This document shows positions 27,044 to 35,905 of a DNA stretch of 64,000 bases, in pieces (position 1 is the stretch's first letter; each line of letters opens with the position of its first letter). Made by a program: the position numbers and the translations under genes. Origin of the DNA: a virus; the IMG/VR virus record IMGVR_UViG_3300025030_000054, positions 32,001 to 96,000 of that record; one strand, given 5' to 3'. The notes beneath the pieces are model-generated. The model ran no database searches. It was not told the origin of the DNA and saw only the letters and a list, made by a program, of their open reading frames with translations.

Positions 27044-28101
27044 TAGTTGATGAGTGGGTTGACGTGATTTGGAACTCTAGCACTAAAGACTACTACATTA
27101 ATTTAGGGTATAAATACACCAAGCTGAGAGGTCCGTTAAAAGTACGAGTAGAACACCTTACTCAGGGGTCCAGCCAACTAGTGACTGTTCAGTGTGATTT
27201 TTGCGGCAAAGTGATTAAAAGACCTATGTACAGATACAACCAAGTAACTAAAAACCAAACTACTGGCTATAGATGCAGAGATTGTTTTGAAGGGAACTTT
27301 GAAAAGGTACACTCCGAATTCTTAGCAAGAGGGCTCACTCCGCTATTCACTGAGTATGTAAACTGTAAAGAGACTTTAGAGTATGTCTGTAAAAAGCATC
27401 CAGATAAAGTACAACGGACCAACTACGATAATTTTTCTTCAGGGCGTGGTTGTATGTTATGCGGTTGGGAATCTACAAGGTACTTTAAATTATCCAAGAT
27501 TGAAGACATCAAAGAAGAATTTGCTAAAGACCCTAGAGGCTACATTCTTTTGAGTGAAAGTTACACGTCGCTAAAAGACAAGCTGCTGTATATTTGCCCT
27601 AAGCACCCCCAGGAAGTTATGAAAATTTCTTTAAACAATTATCGAAGAGGTAAAGGTTGCAGACTGTGTGCCTTTGACCGCCAAAGAGGTGCTGGGAATG
27701 GGAATTATAAAGGACTTTCCACTATTACTAAGAGTTTAAGGTTACACATAATACCGTGGGTCTTGACAGCCTTGAAAGAAAGTAACTTTACATGCTCTCT
27801 GACTGGCGTTAGGGGAGTGCCTTTGGAAGTTCACCATGAGTACTCCTTCTCGGCTAGTAGAGACTCAGCACTAAGGGCAACCGGATTTAGAAAAAATGCA
27901 GTCAGAAATGAACTTTCTGAAGAGCAGTACAGTGAGCTGGTAAAGGTATTTGAGAATATTCATAACAGACACGCACCTAAAGTTATACAAAAGCCTTTAC
28001 ACAAATTATTTCACAAGTACTACGGAAACCGCAATAACACACAACAACAGTTTGAAGAATTTGCGTCTGATTTCTCAAAAGGTTGGTTACTATTTAGCTA
28101 A
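27040..28101 (+). CDS. HNH-type homing endonuclease with repeated zinc-ribbon DNA-binding modules
   Basis: Repeats Y.C.KHP....GRGC..C; C-terminal FTCSLTG..LEVHH...LHKLFHKYYG; GTGA overlap. Confidence 0.8.
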   Translation: MIVDEWVDVIWNSSTKDYYINLGYKYTKLRGPLKVRVEHLTQGSSQLVTVQCDFCGKVIKRPMYRYNQVTKNQTTGYRCRDCFEGNFEKVHSEFLARGLTPLFTEYVNCKETLEYVCKKHPDKVQRTNYDNFSSGRGCMLCGWESTRYFKLSKIEDIKEEFAKDPRGYILLSESYTSLKDKLLYICPKHPQEVMKISLNNYRRGKGCRLCAFDRQRGAGNGNYKGLSTITKSLRLHIIPWVLTALKESNFTCSLTGVRGVPLEVHHEYSFSASRDSALRATGFRKNAVRNELSEEQYSELVKVFENIHNRHAPKVIQKPLHKLFHKYYGNRNNTQQQFEEFASDFSKGWLLFS

Positions 28102-28111
28102 GGAGGTTAAA

Positions 28112-30631
28112 TTGATTGTAGCAAAGATAGGCAGCAAAGTAAACTTGTTGATACTTTACGATTCTCCGCAACACCAAAACTGGATAACTAAAGGAGAAGT
28201 TACCTCAGACGGACTTGGAAAATTCTATACAGACGCAACTACACAAGCTGGTATAGATTTTAACGAGGTTGCTATTTGCTGCCTATCTGACGAGAAGGAC
28301 GGAAAGGCAGCAGGGTTCAAAGCTAAAGAAGCATACATCCAAGAGCTGATAGAAGTCTATGCCCCCAACTTGATCTTGCTGCCTTCCTCAAAAGCATTTG
28401 AAATATTTATGGGAATGAAAGGAGCAAGTAAATTTTACGGGAGAGTTCTGTACAACGAGAAACATAACTGTAAAGTAATAACTATGCCTCCTCACTCTAT
28501 GCTTGTTTACAAACCAGACATTCAGCCTCTGATAACTTCCTCTCTGAGAACCGTTAAAGTAGAAATGGACTTTCCTGAGTTAAGAGAAGAAGAACGGCCC
28601 GACAAGCAGTATGTAATGATTGACACTATAGCCAAATTTAGATCAATGTTTAGGTTCTACAAAGAAAACGTATTTAGCTTCGCTATAGATACTGAAACAA
28701 CGAGCCTTAGATTTAACAGCGGAAAAGTTATCCTCATTCAGTTGAGCCACAAAGATCATTTTGGGGCAGCGATACCAACTCCCGATTACGGAGCTAAGTG
28801 GGCTGATGAAGAGTGGGCCGAAATAGTTGCAGGGCTTAAAGAACTTATAGAAGACGTTAGGAGGGAGAAACTCGTAGCTAATGGTTACTTTGACTTTAAG
28901 TTTTTGGAACACTGTTACGATATTAAACTTCCGAAGGAAAATGTCTTCTGTGTGTTAATTGCGAGTTTTCTCTGTGATGAAAATCGGGAATCTCATTCTC
29001 TAAAATTCTGTGCGTCAACTCTCTTAGACGACAAAACCGCTGTCAACTATGAAGCCCCTTTAGATGACTTCAAAGACAAGTATTGCAAAGAACATAAAAT
29101 CAAGAAGAGTGAGTTCACTTACGATTTAGTTCCACCGGATACCTTGTTTACTTATTCTTGCATGGATGTTGATTTCACATTTCAATTGGCAAGGTACTTT
29201 AAAGAAGAACTTAAAAAAGAAGAACAAGAACAGGTCTTTAAAGATGTAAGTTCTTATGCTTGGGCTTTGGCTAGGATTGAGCAAAATGGCTGGAAGATTG
29301 ACATGGAAGAAGCCCAAAGGTATAAAGAAGAACTAACCGGCAGGATAGCGGAGCTGGAAGAAAAAATTCAAGACCTAAATGAAATCAAAGCTGCTACTAA
29401 GGTCTTGTCTGCGGCAAAGTTAGTAGCTGAAAATGCTAAAAGAAAAACCAAATTAAAAGCACTTAAAGAGCCTCTCAAGTTTCTGGTAAGCAGTCCTAAC
29501 CATAAACGTGTGCTTTTTAAAGACGTGCTTAGGTTCCCTGAAGTAAAGAAAACTAAGAAAGGTTCTTACGCAGTAGATAAAGAATGCTTTGCTATTTGGT
29601 GTGAAAAGTATCCTACAGTTCCTTCTATAAAAGTTATTAGAGAGTTGGAGGAACTTACTAAAATGCGTAATACATATGTGAACGCATTGTTAGAAAAATC
29701 TGTAGACGGAAGAATTCACTGCTCCTACCGAGTAGCTTTTCCTAAAACGGGACGTATTTCAGCACTTTCGCCCAATCTCCAGAACATTACAATGCACTCA
29801 GAAGAGAGTAAAAAACTCAGGAGATGTTTCACTGTAGACAAAGGAAACATGCTGGTACTTTCGGACCTCTCAAACGCGGAGCTGAGACAGGTCGCTGCCA
29901 TAAGCGGTGATGCAGTAATGAGCGAAGGCTTTAAAAATGGACAAGATCCCCACTCTACCACAGCAAAAAGTATTTTTAATCTTGAAGCGCCTGTTGAGGA
30001 AATTAAAGAAAAGTTCAACGAGTATAGACAGCTAGGTAAAGTCCTAGGCTTCTCTGCACTTTACGGCGGAGGTGGTTCTCTGATTGCTAAACGGGCTAAC
30101 ATTGAGGTCGAGGAAGCAGAAAGGCATCTGTCGGAATACTTTAGAAAACATTCTGGAATTGCCCAACTCTTTAAAGACAACACAGCTTTCGCCAAAGAAC
30201 ACGGTTACGCGGTTGCAATCTCAGGTAGACGTAGAAGGGTTCCGTACATCAATTCGGAAGATAAATATTTGGTTCTGAGAGCAGAAAGACAAGCCAACAA
30301 CTTCTTAATCCAGTCTGTTGCCTCGGACTGCATGTTAAAATCCATTGTAAATATGATTACCGAGATTGATGAACTCAACCTCCCTATTAAACTCATCAAC
30401 GTGATCCACGACAGCGTTGAAACGGAAGTGCCTGAGTACTACGTCAACGAAGCCGCAGCATTCATAAAGAGGCATCTGGAAGTCTGGCATTTTGGGTTGA
30501 ACCCAGGATTTGACATGAAGTGTGACGTTGAGGTAGGTTATACGTGGGCCGATCTTGGTGCTTACAAAGAAGAGAGTTATGCTGAACTTGCTGTAGAAAT
30601 CGACCCAGAACAAGAGGAGGAAGAAGAATGA
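28112..30631 (+). CDS. polA: Family A DNA polymerase with N-terminal UDG-like domain and 3'-5' exonuclease
   Basis: AIDTETT (ExoI), NGYFD, YSCMD; TGRIS..PNLQN; motif A SDLSNAELR; B RQLGKVLGFSALYG; C IHDSV; TTG after AGGAGG. Confidence 0.95.
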   Translation: MIVAKIGSKVNLLILYDSPQHQNWITKGEVTSDGLGKFYTDATTQAGIDFNEVAICCLSDEKDGKAAGFKAKEAYIQELIEVYAPNLILLPSSKAFEIFMGMKGASKFYGRVLYNEKHNCKVITMPPHSMLVYKPDIQPLITSSLRTVKVEMDFPELREEERPDKQYVMIDTIAKFRSMFRFYKENVFSFAIDTETTSLRFNSGKVILIQLSHKDHFGAAIPTPDYGAKWADEEWAEIVAGLKELIEDVRREKLVANGYFDFKFLEHCYDIKLPKENVFCVLIASFLCDENRESHSLKFCASTLLDDKTAVNYEAPLDDFKDKYCKEHKIKKSEFTYDLVPPDTLFTYSCMDVDFTFQLARYFKEELKKEEQEQVFKDVSSYAWALARIEQNGWKIDMEEAQRYKEELTGRIAELEEKIQDLNEIKAATKVLSAAKLVAENAKRKTKLKALKEPLKFLVSSPNHKRVLFKDVLRFPEVKKTKKGSYAVDKECFAIWCEKYPTVPSIKVIRELEELTKMRNTYVNALLEKSVDGRIHCSYRVAFPKTGRISALSPNLQNITMHSEESKKLRRCFTVDKGNMLVLSDLSNAELRQVAAISGDAVMSEGFKNGQDPHSTTAKSIFNLEAPVEEIKEKFNEYRQLGKVLGFSALYGGGGSLIAKRANIEVEEAERHLSEYFRKHSGIAQLFKDNTAFAKEHGYAVAISGRRRRVPYINSEDKYLVLRAERQANNFLIQSVASDCMLKSIVNMITEIDELNLPIKLINVIHDSVETEVPEYYVNEAAAFIKRHLEVWHFGLNPGFDMKCDVEVGYTWADLGAYKEESYAELAVEIDPEQEEEEE

Positions 30632-31008
30632 TATTTTGTGAAAATTGTAAGCATCTCCTGTACCCAAATTACCTTAATTATTATCCACCAGCAAATGTAA
30701 AGACAGTCTTTGTAGACCCGACTTATAAAGAAGATCCTGATCGTCATTTGCTACAAGAACGGAGAGAAGGTTATACCATTTCACCAATCTGCAACCACTC
30801 ACAGTGCTTTGAAACATCAACCAAAATAACTCCTGTAACTAAACTTATCACCAAAACTAGAATCAAAGGACAAGCGCAGCTAAACAGGCATAACAACTGT
30901 AGGTTCTTTGAGGCTAAAGAGACTAAGCCTATCAGCTATTCGGAAGGCGGTTCAGCAGCAATAGTAGAAGCGCCTAAGCAAAAGCCGCGGTACAAATTCT
31001 GGCTCTAA
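30628..31008 (+). CDS. Cys-rich hypothetical protein
   Basis: ATGA overlap; CENCKH..C..NCRFF. Confidence 0.65.
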   Translation: MIFCENCKHLLYPNYLNYYPPANVKTVFVDPTYKEDPDRHLLQERREGYTISPICNHSQCFETSTKITPVTKLITKTRIKGQAQLNRHNNCRFFEAKETKPISYSEGGSAAIVEAPKQKPRYKFWL

Positions 31009-31347
31009 TTCAAGGGCACTATGAGGAGAACTAAACATGAGTAAAGTATTCGATATCTCAAAAACATGCATAGTGAAACCTATATTTGACGGCAGTAGCT
31101 TGTACGAATTTTCATGCGGACACTGTGTATTCATCGAAGGGAAATCAATTCTTTCCTTAGATAAGTGCCCTTTCTGTGATAAGCCAGTCAACTCGTTAAC
31201 CTAGTATCATAAACTTAATTAACTCTTACTCAAAAGGTGGTGATAAAGTGTCAACAGTAGTACGGTGTGATAAGGAACGTTGTAAATATAACGACGAAGG
31301 AGAATGTGTGGCTCAGGTTATTGAACTAGACGAGGAGGGAACTTGCC

Positions 31348-31668
31348 TTGATTTCGAAAAATTTATCGGATAGCCGGGGTTCTTTTTTAAGGTCTGACAC
31401 TAAATGCTGGATTAGTTCTAGTCTATTCTTCATGTGTATCGAGAAGCTTGGCCTCAATGAAAAGATCTATTATATTCCGTCTGGTATTGAGTGTACCAAC
31501 GAAGAACTTACATACTACGTGGATCATTTATTTGACGAACTAGGCCACTTAGAAATGCGTAAGGACTACTGGACAGAGACCGAAAAGGATGCTAGAAACT
31601 ATGTGACTAAGATCGGCTTTGCATTGAGAAACTGGTCTAAGGAGGGATTCGGAGTGAAACTAATCTGA
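31348..31668 (+). CDS. Hypothetical protein
   Basis: GAGGAGG before TTG. Confidence 0.55.
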   Translation: MISKNLSDSRGSFLRSDTKCWISSSLFFMCIEKLGLNEKIYYIPSGIECTNEELTYYVDHLFDELGHLEMRKDYWTETEKDARNYVTKIGFALRNWSKEGFGVKLI

Positions 31669-31892
31669 TGGTATACTTAAATAGGTATTGTGTAGGTTGC
31701 CGAAGGTTAATTCCAGAAGACACCAATAGCCCTATCTTAGTTATAGGACAGGCTACCGTAAAGTGGAATAAAAAACAACATAAACACTCCGCTAAAACTG
31801 ACGGAGAATACGACTGCTTCTGTGAAATCTGCGCAGGTAGAATGATGGAGCTTATTAAGGCTCAACGGGAAAAGGGAGTGAAGGTACTATGA
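31668..31892 (+). CDS. Small zinc-finger protein
   Basis: CVGC...CEIC; TGATG overlap. Confidence 0.6.
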   Translation: MVYLNRYCVGCRRLIPEDTNSPILVIGQATVKWNKKQHKHSAKTDGEYDCFCEICAGRMMELIKAQREKGVKVL

Positions 31893-32851
31893 CAAATGTG
31901 TTAGTCCTAGACGTACTTAACTGCGCGTTTACTTTGAAGCATGTTAAAGAGAAAGACCCTCTGTGGCGATTCATAACAGACATTAGAAACATTATCAGTG
32001 CTAACAAAATTCAGAAATGTATCCTAGCAACTGATACAGGGCAGAGTCAGTTCCGTCTGTCAATGTATCCTCAGTATAAAGAAACAAGGCGGGCTAGAAG
32101 AGCATCTGCGACAGATGACGAGAAGAAGGAATTGCAGGAGTTCTTTGAGGTAGTTAATCAATTCAAAGATATGGCTCCTCTGTTTGGTATGGAAGTTGCT
32201 ACTGTAGATAAAACTGAAGCAGATGACATTGTGGCTTACTTTGCAATTAATTCTGAGGTTGGCAACTACAAGGCTCATATTCTAAGTTCAGATACTGACC
32301 TCTTTCAGCTGCTCAGGCCAACAGTTGTTCAAAGGTCTTACGCAGAGAAAATGAAGCTGGGCGATACTGACATTCCGCCTCAGATATGGATCACAGAAGA
32401 CAGGTTTAAGGAAGTATTTCAAATGACTCCTGCACAATACATGGAAGCTAAATCTATCTCAGGCGATACAGGCGATAGTATTTATTCCCCTGAAGGCGTT
32501 GGGAAGGAGACTGGCTTCAAACTTATCAGGAAATATGGAAGCATCTCTGAGGTTGAAAAGAACGTAGACGAACTGGAAATTCCTAGGTTCTCTTCAAAAG
32601 GCAGGGAAGCACTTAAGAAAGATTTCTGGATGGTTCACCGGAATGTAGAACTGGTAAGCCTTCTCCACACACCTGAAACATTCCAGAAGATTTTTGGAGA
32701 GGGGTTATCTAAGCTAGAAGACATACTAGCTAGGGTAGATGAACCGCCAAAAGTTAACGAAGAAGCGTTGAAGGAATATTTGTTTGCGACTGGTAGGGTT
32801 AACGTCTACTACGATTTCGACAATTGGGTAAGGCCATTTTATGGGAGATAA
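31889..32851 (+). CDS. 5'-3' exonuclease / flap endonuclease (T5 D15-like)
   Basis: LVLD, FR..YPQYK, EADD, SSDTDL, GDTGDSI..GVG. Confidence 0.93.
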   Translation: MTNVLVLDVLNCAFTLKHVKEKDPLWRFITDIRNIISANKIQKCILATDTGQSQFRLSMYPQYKETRRARRASATDDEKKELQEFFEVVNQFKDMAPLFGMEVATVDKTEADDIVAYFAINSEVGNYKAHILSSDTDLFQLLRPTVVQRSYAEKMKLGDTDIPPQIWITEDRFKEVFQMTPAQYMEAKSISGDTGDSIYSPEGVGKETGFKLIRKYGSISEVEKNVDELEIPRFSSKGREALKKDFWMVHRNVELVSLLHTPETFQKIFGEGLSKLEDILARVDEPPKVNEEALKEYLFATGRVNVYYDFDNWVRPFYGR

Positions 32852-33046
32852 GATGATTCCTGAACCACCACAACCGCCACCTATGCGTATCATTATAGAA
32901 GGAGTTGACCCAAGAATAACCAACCCACGAAAGTGCAGTAAGTGTGGGTCAAAGATGAAATGGCGAGGAATTTTTAAGAAAAGATGGGAATGTGGGTGTG
33001 GCAACGTAGAAGCATCTTAACTTCTAAATTAAAGGAGAATACTAAA

Positions 33047-33259
33047 ATGCAGCTAGTTATTGATTGGAATTACGACGAGTACGATTGTGAGGATTGTGGA
33101 ATTACTGACTCTACGGGAGCCTATGCTACATTGGACGGAGAAATGGTTTTTAATAATCGAGCTTCAGCGAGTTGTTTTGGCGCTGTTTACGTTACCAGGG
33201 AAGAAGTTTTGGAAGCTGCTTTGAAGAAGTTGGGTGTGGAAATTATCGACAACTATTAG
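33047..33259 (+). CDS. Hypothetical protein
   Basis: AAGGAG RBS; DCEDCG. Confidence 0.65.
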   Translation: MQLVIDWNYDEYDCEDCGITDSTGAYATLDGEMVFNNRASASCFGAVYVTREEVLEAALKKLGVEIIDNY

Positions 33260-33268
33260 GAGGGCTAA

Positions 33269-33472
33269 ATGAACTGGCAAACTAGAGTGCTGGAAGACGG
33301 AAAAATAAAATTAGAAGGCTCTTCCTACGATGGAGCTGGGGCTGTGATATACACCAAAGCAGATAAAACGTGTGACCTATTTGAAATAACTCAGTATGGT
33401 ACAGCAGAACTCTTCTATAATAACTACCCATACCTTGTAGAAGCTGTTCAAGTAGCTGAATCTTGGACTTAA
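33269..33472 (+). CDS. Hypothetical protein
   Basis: AGGAGG RBS. Confidence 0.65.
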   Translation: MNWQTRVLEDGKIKLEGSSYDGAGAVIYTKADKTCDLFEITQYGTAELFYNNYPYLVEAVQVAESWT

Positions 33473-33491
33473 AAATAATTTAAAATAAAGC

Positions 33492-33520
33492 TTGACAAAC
33501 TACCGACCATGTGATATACT
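33492..33520 (+). promoter_or_regulatory. Strong sigma70 promoter
   Basis: TTGACA-17-TATACT with TG extended -10 and AT-rich UP region. Confidence 0.85.
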
Positions 33521-33642
33521 GGGTCTTCAAATTGAGAAAAGGAGGTGATGCTTGTTGCTTGCTCGTTAAACCACTCCCAAAATAACTCTAACTTAACACT
33601 CTAACAATTACTCAAAACATTACTCTAAGGAGAATCACTCAA

Positions 33643-34515
33643 ATGGCTAAAACTACTAATGACAAAATTACCGCTGCATACGAAGAAATGATGAACCTGC
33701 TTTCCCCCGAAGAACGTGCTGCGCTTAAGCAGATGACTGGTCAGGATCAGGGAGGCGGTGGTAGCAAAACTCCTATCGTCAAAATCAACTATAGGGAGAA
33801 GACTGCACAGGACGGCACCAAGATCGCTAAAGGCAACTTCTGTGTTGGTCAGAAAAATGCTACGGTAGACGGTAAGACTGTCATGCTTACAGCTGGTACT
33901 GACTTGGGTTCTGAACTCACAGCCGTAATTCTTAAGAAAGGGCAACAGTTCAGTTTCTGGGATAATGATGCCAAGAAGCGTTGCAGCTCGCAGGTTATTT
34001 GTGAGCGTGGTGAGGTGCCTACCGGATATAATCTTAAAAATGTCTGCAACGATAAAAGCTGTCCTCGTCGTAAAGATGGAATTGACAAAGGTGATAAATG
34101 CACCTGTCAGTACGTGGTTTATCTTCGTCTCCCTGCTGGTACTAAACTGCCTGACGGGACACCTTGCGAAGTTGCTATGATGTACATCAAGGGTAACTCT
34201 TACATGCCTTTCCAGACTTACATGGAAACTGAACTGAAGAGTATCCCGTCCATCGCTGTCAACACTATTCTGTCTACCGAAGAGTGCGAGCAGGGAGCCA
34301 CTCTGTTTTACGAACTGAAATTTGCTAAAGGCGCTCCGGTTACTAAGGAAGTGTTCACTGAGAATTTTCAGATGGTAAGTGGCATTAACAAGCAGCTCGT
34401 CGAATACAAAGAAGAGCAGGCTAAAAAGATGCTGGAAGGTCCGAAAGATTCTTCTGGCGGTAATTCTTACGGCAATGCTACTGTTGTTAATGACGAGGAT
34501 AACATTGTCTGGTAG
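33643..34515 (+). CDS. Probable ssDNA-binding/annealing protein (T5 D11-like position)
   Basis: Own promoter and terminator, strongly biased codons, acidic/aromatic C-terminus (NDEDNIVW), upstream of SbcCD. Confidence 0.6.
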   Translation: MAKTTNDKITAAYEEMMNLLSPEERAALKQMTGQDQGGGGSKTPIVKINYREKTAQDGTKIAKGNFCVGQKNATVDGKTVMLTAGTDLGSELTAVILKKGQQFSFWDNDAKKRCSSQVICERGEVPTGYNLKNVCNDKSCPRRKDGIDKGDKCTCQYVVYLRLPAGTKLPDGTPCEVAMMYIKGNSYMPFQTYMETELKSIPSIAVNTILSTEECEQGATLFYELKFAKGAPVTKEVFTENFQMVSGINKQLVEYKEEQAKKMLEGPKDSSGGNSYGNATVVNDEDNIVW

Positions 34516-34522
34516 ACTGGTA

Positions 34523-34542
34523 ATTTAGGTAATTACCTATTT
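34523..34542. promoter_or_regulatory. Palindromic operator-like site (reverse orientation)
   Basis: ATTTAGGTAATTACCTATTT, exact reverse complement of the 20-mer. Confidence 0.8.
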
Positions 34543-34570
34543 AGGAGGGTTTCGGCCCTCCTTACTTTTT
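34543..34570 (+). terminator. Rho-independent terminator
   Basis: AGGAGGGT-TTCG-GCCCTCCT followed by TACTTTTT. Confidence 0.8.
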
Positions 34571-34591
34571 AACTGATAAGGAGACTATAAA

Positions 34592-34921
34592 ATGTTTAGC
34601 ATTTTCAACCGTAAGGTAGATAAGAAATTCAATGATGCTATTTTGGGGATTGGTAAGTACGTAACTAAATTTGAAGAAGCTGCTAAAGCCGCCGAGAAGG
34701 AGATTCAGGCAGAAGAAGATAAGCTAGGTAAAATCGTAGACCGCGCCGACGAAGCTACTGAAAAGGCTTACGAGTTGTACCGTCAACTTGAAATCAAAGC
34801 GATTGAGAAAGTTGACGAAGCGACAGCTAAAGCAGAAGCCCGTAAAGCAGAACTTCTGGCTATTGTAAATAACGCTAAGGTAGTAGCAGAAAGTTATAAG
34901 AAAGTTTACCTGTCTAACTAA
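34592..34921 (+). CDS. Coiled-coil hypothetical protein
   Basis: E/K/A-rich helix; AAGGAG RBS. Confidence 0.75.
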   Translation: MFSIFNRKVDKKFNDAILGIGKYVTKFEEAAKAAEKEIQAEEDKLGKIVDRADEATEKAYELYRQLEIKAIEKVDEATAKAEARKAELLAIVNNAKVVAESYKKVYLSN

Positions 34922-34933
34922 CCGGATAACTAC

Positions 34934-35905
34934 ATGAATAGTAAATTCTTAGCTGTAGCAGATTGTCATTTCAAGTTTATCAACGGGGTAAACAAGACAT
35001 GGCAACGAGCCAGATACAAAAAGTTCATAGATGATATAGTTGCTAAGTGTGTCGAAGAAGGCCTTATCCTCATAATTGCCGGAGACACATTTGAGTCAAT
35101 AAACCCTAAGAGAGACGAGCTAAAGACTTTTCTGTACTTCCTGCACTCCTTAGAAAAGAACAAGATAACTACTCTCTTAGTAAGTGGCAACCATGAGACG
35201 ATTTCATCAGGCTGTAGTATTTTGGACTACTTAGAGCTGTCTAGGTTCTCTAACTTATACTACAGGAAAAATTACATAGCAAATGACACGACATATCATC
35301 TGGTAAATCACGATAGCATCCATTCTTACAAGCCAACTCTGAACAAGCACAACGTACTCATCTCACATTTCCGTTGCACAGTAAACAAATTTATAACCGA
35401 AGAAATTAACGTAGCTGAATTTACTAACCCCTATGATCTATGTATTGTAGGGGATATTCATTCTCCGTTTGATTTTGGCAATGTATGGTACTGCAACAAT
35501 CCAATCAACAAAGAATTTGAAGCAGAACCTAACTGCGGTTATTTAGAAGTCAGAAGGAAACTTACAGGATGGGACGTTCAGCGAGTACCTACATACTATC
35601 CTGCTTTGGTGTTTAAGAAGTGCAACGCTAAGGAGTATGATACGTTAGCTATTAAGGACACTGAAAACTTCTACAAAATAGAAGTGGCAGGTAGTCCTCA
35701 AGAGCTGCGTTTGGTACAACCTATTCCTAACTCCATTCTTCATAAAATTCCTTTAGTACCAGCTTCACTAAAGGTCGAAGAGGGAGACTCCGAAATAGTT
35801 GGGAGCACTGGCGGGGAAGAAGGACTTATCAGCTACATGAAATCAATGAAATATTCAGATCAACTTGTGTCAGATATGCTAACTGAATTGGGGAGGGAAC
35901 TGTGA
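34934..35905 (+). CDS. sbcD: SbcD/Mre11-like nuclease
   Basis: ADCH, IAGDTF, SGNHE, SH, GDIH. Confidence 0.9.
   Translation: MNSKFLAVADCHFKFINGVNKTWQRARYKKFIDDIVAKCVEEGLILIIAGDTFESINPKRDELKTFLYFLHSLEKNKITTLLVSGNHETISSGCSILDYLELSRFSNLYYRKNYIANDTTYHLVNHDSIHSYKPTLNKHNVLISHFRCTVNKFITEEINVAEFTNPYDLCIVGDIHSPFDFGNVWYCNNPINKEFEAEPNCGYLEVRRKLTGWDVQRVPTYYPALVFKKCNAKEYDTLAIKDTENFYKIEVAGSPQELRLVQPIPNSILHKIPLVPASLKVEEGDSEIVGSTGGEEGLISYMKSMKYSDQLVSDMLTELGREL

Noticed and set aside
27950-28111. Polymerase N-terminal extension overlapping the HNH gene, or a group I intron
   Set aside because: A strong AGGAGG precedes TTG 28112; no upstream polymerase exon exists, so the nuclease is free-standing
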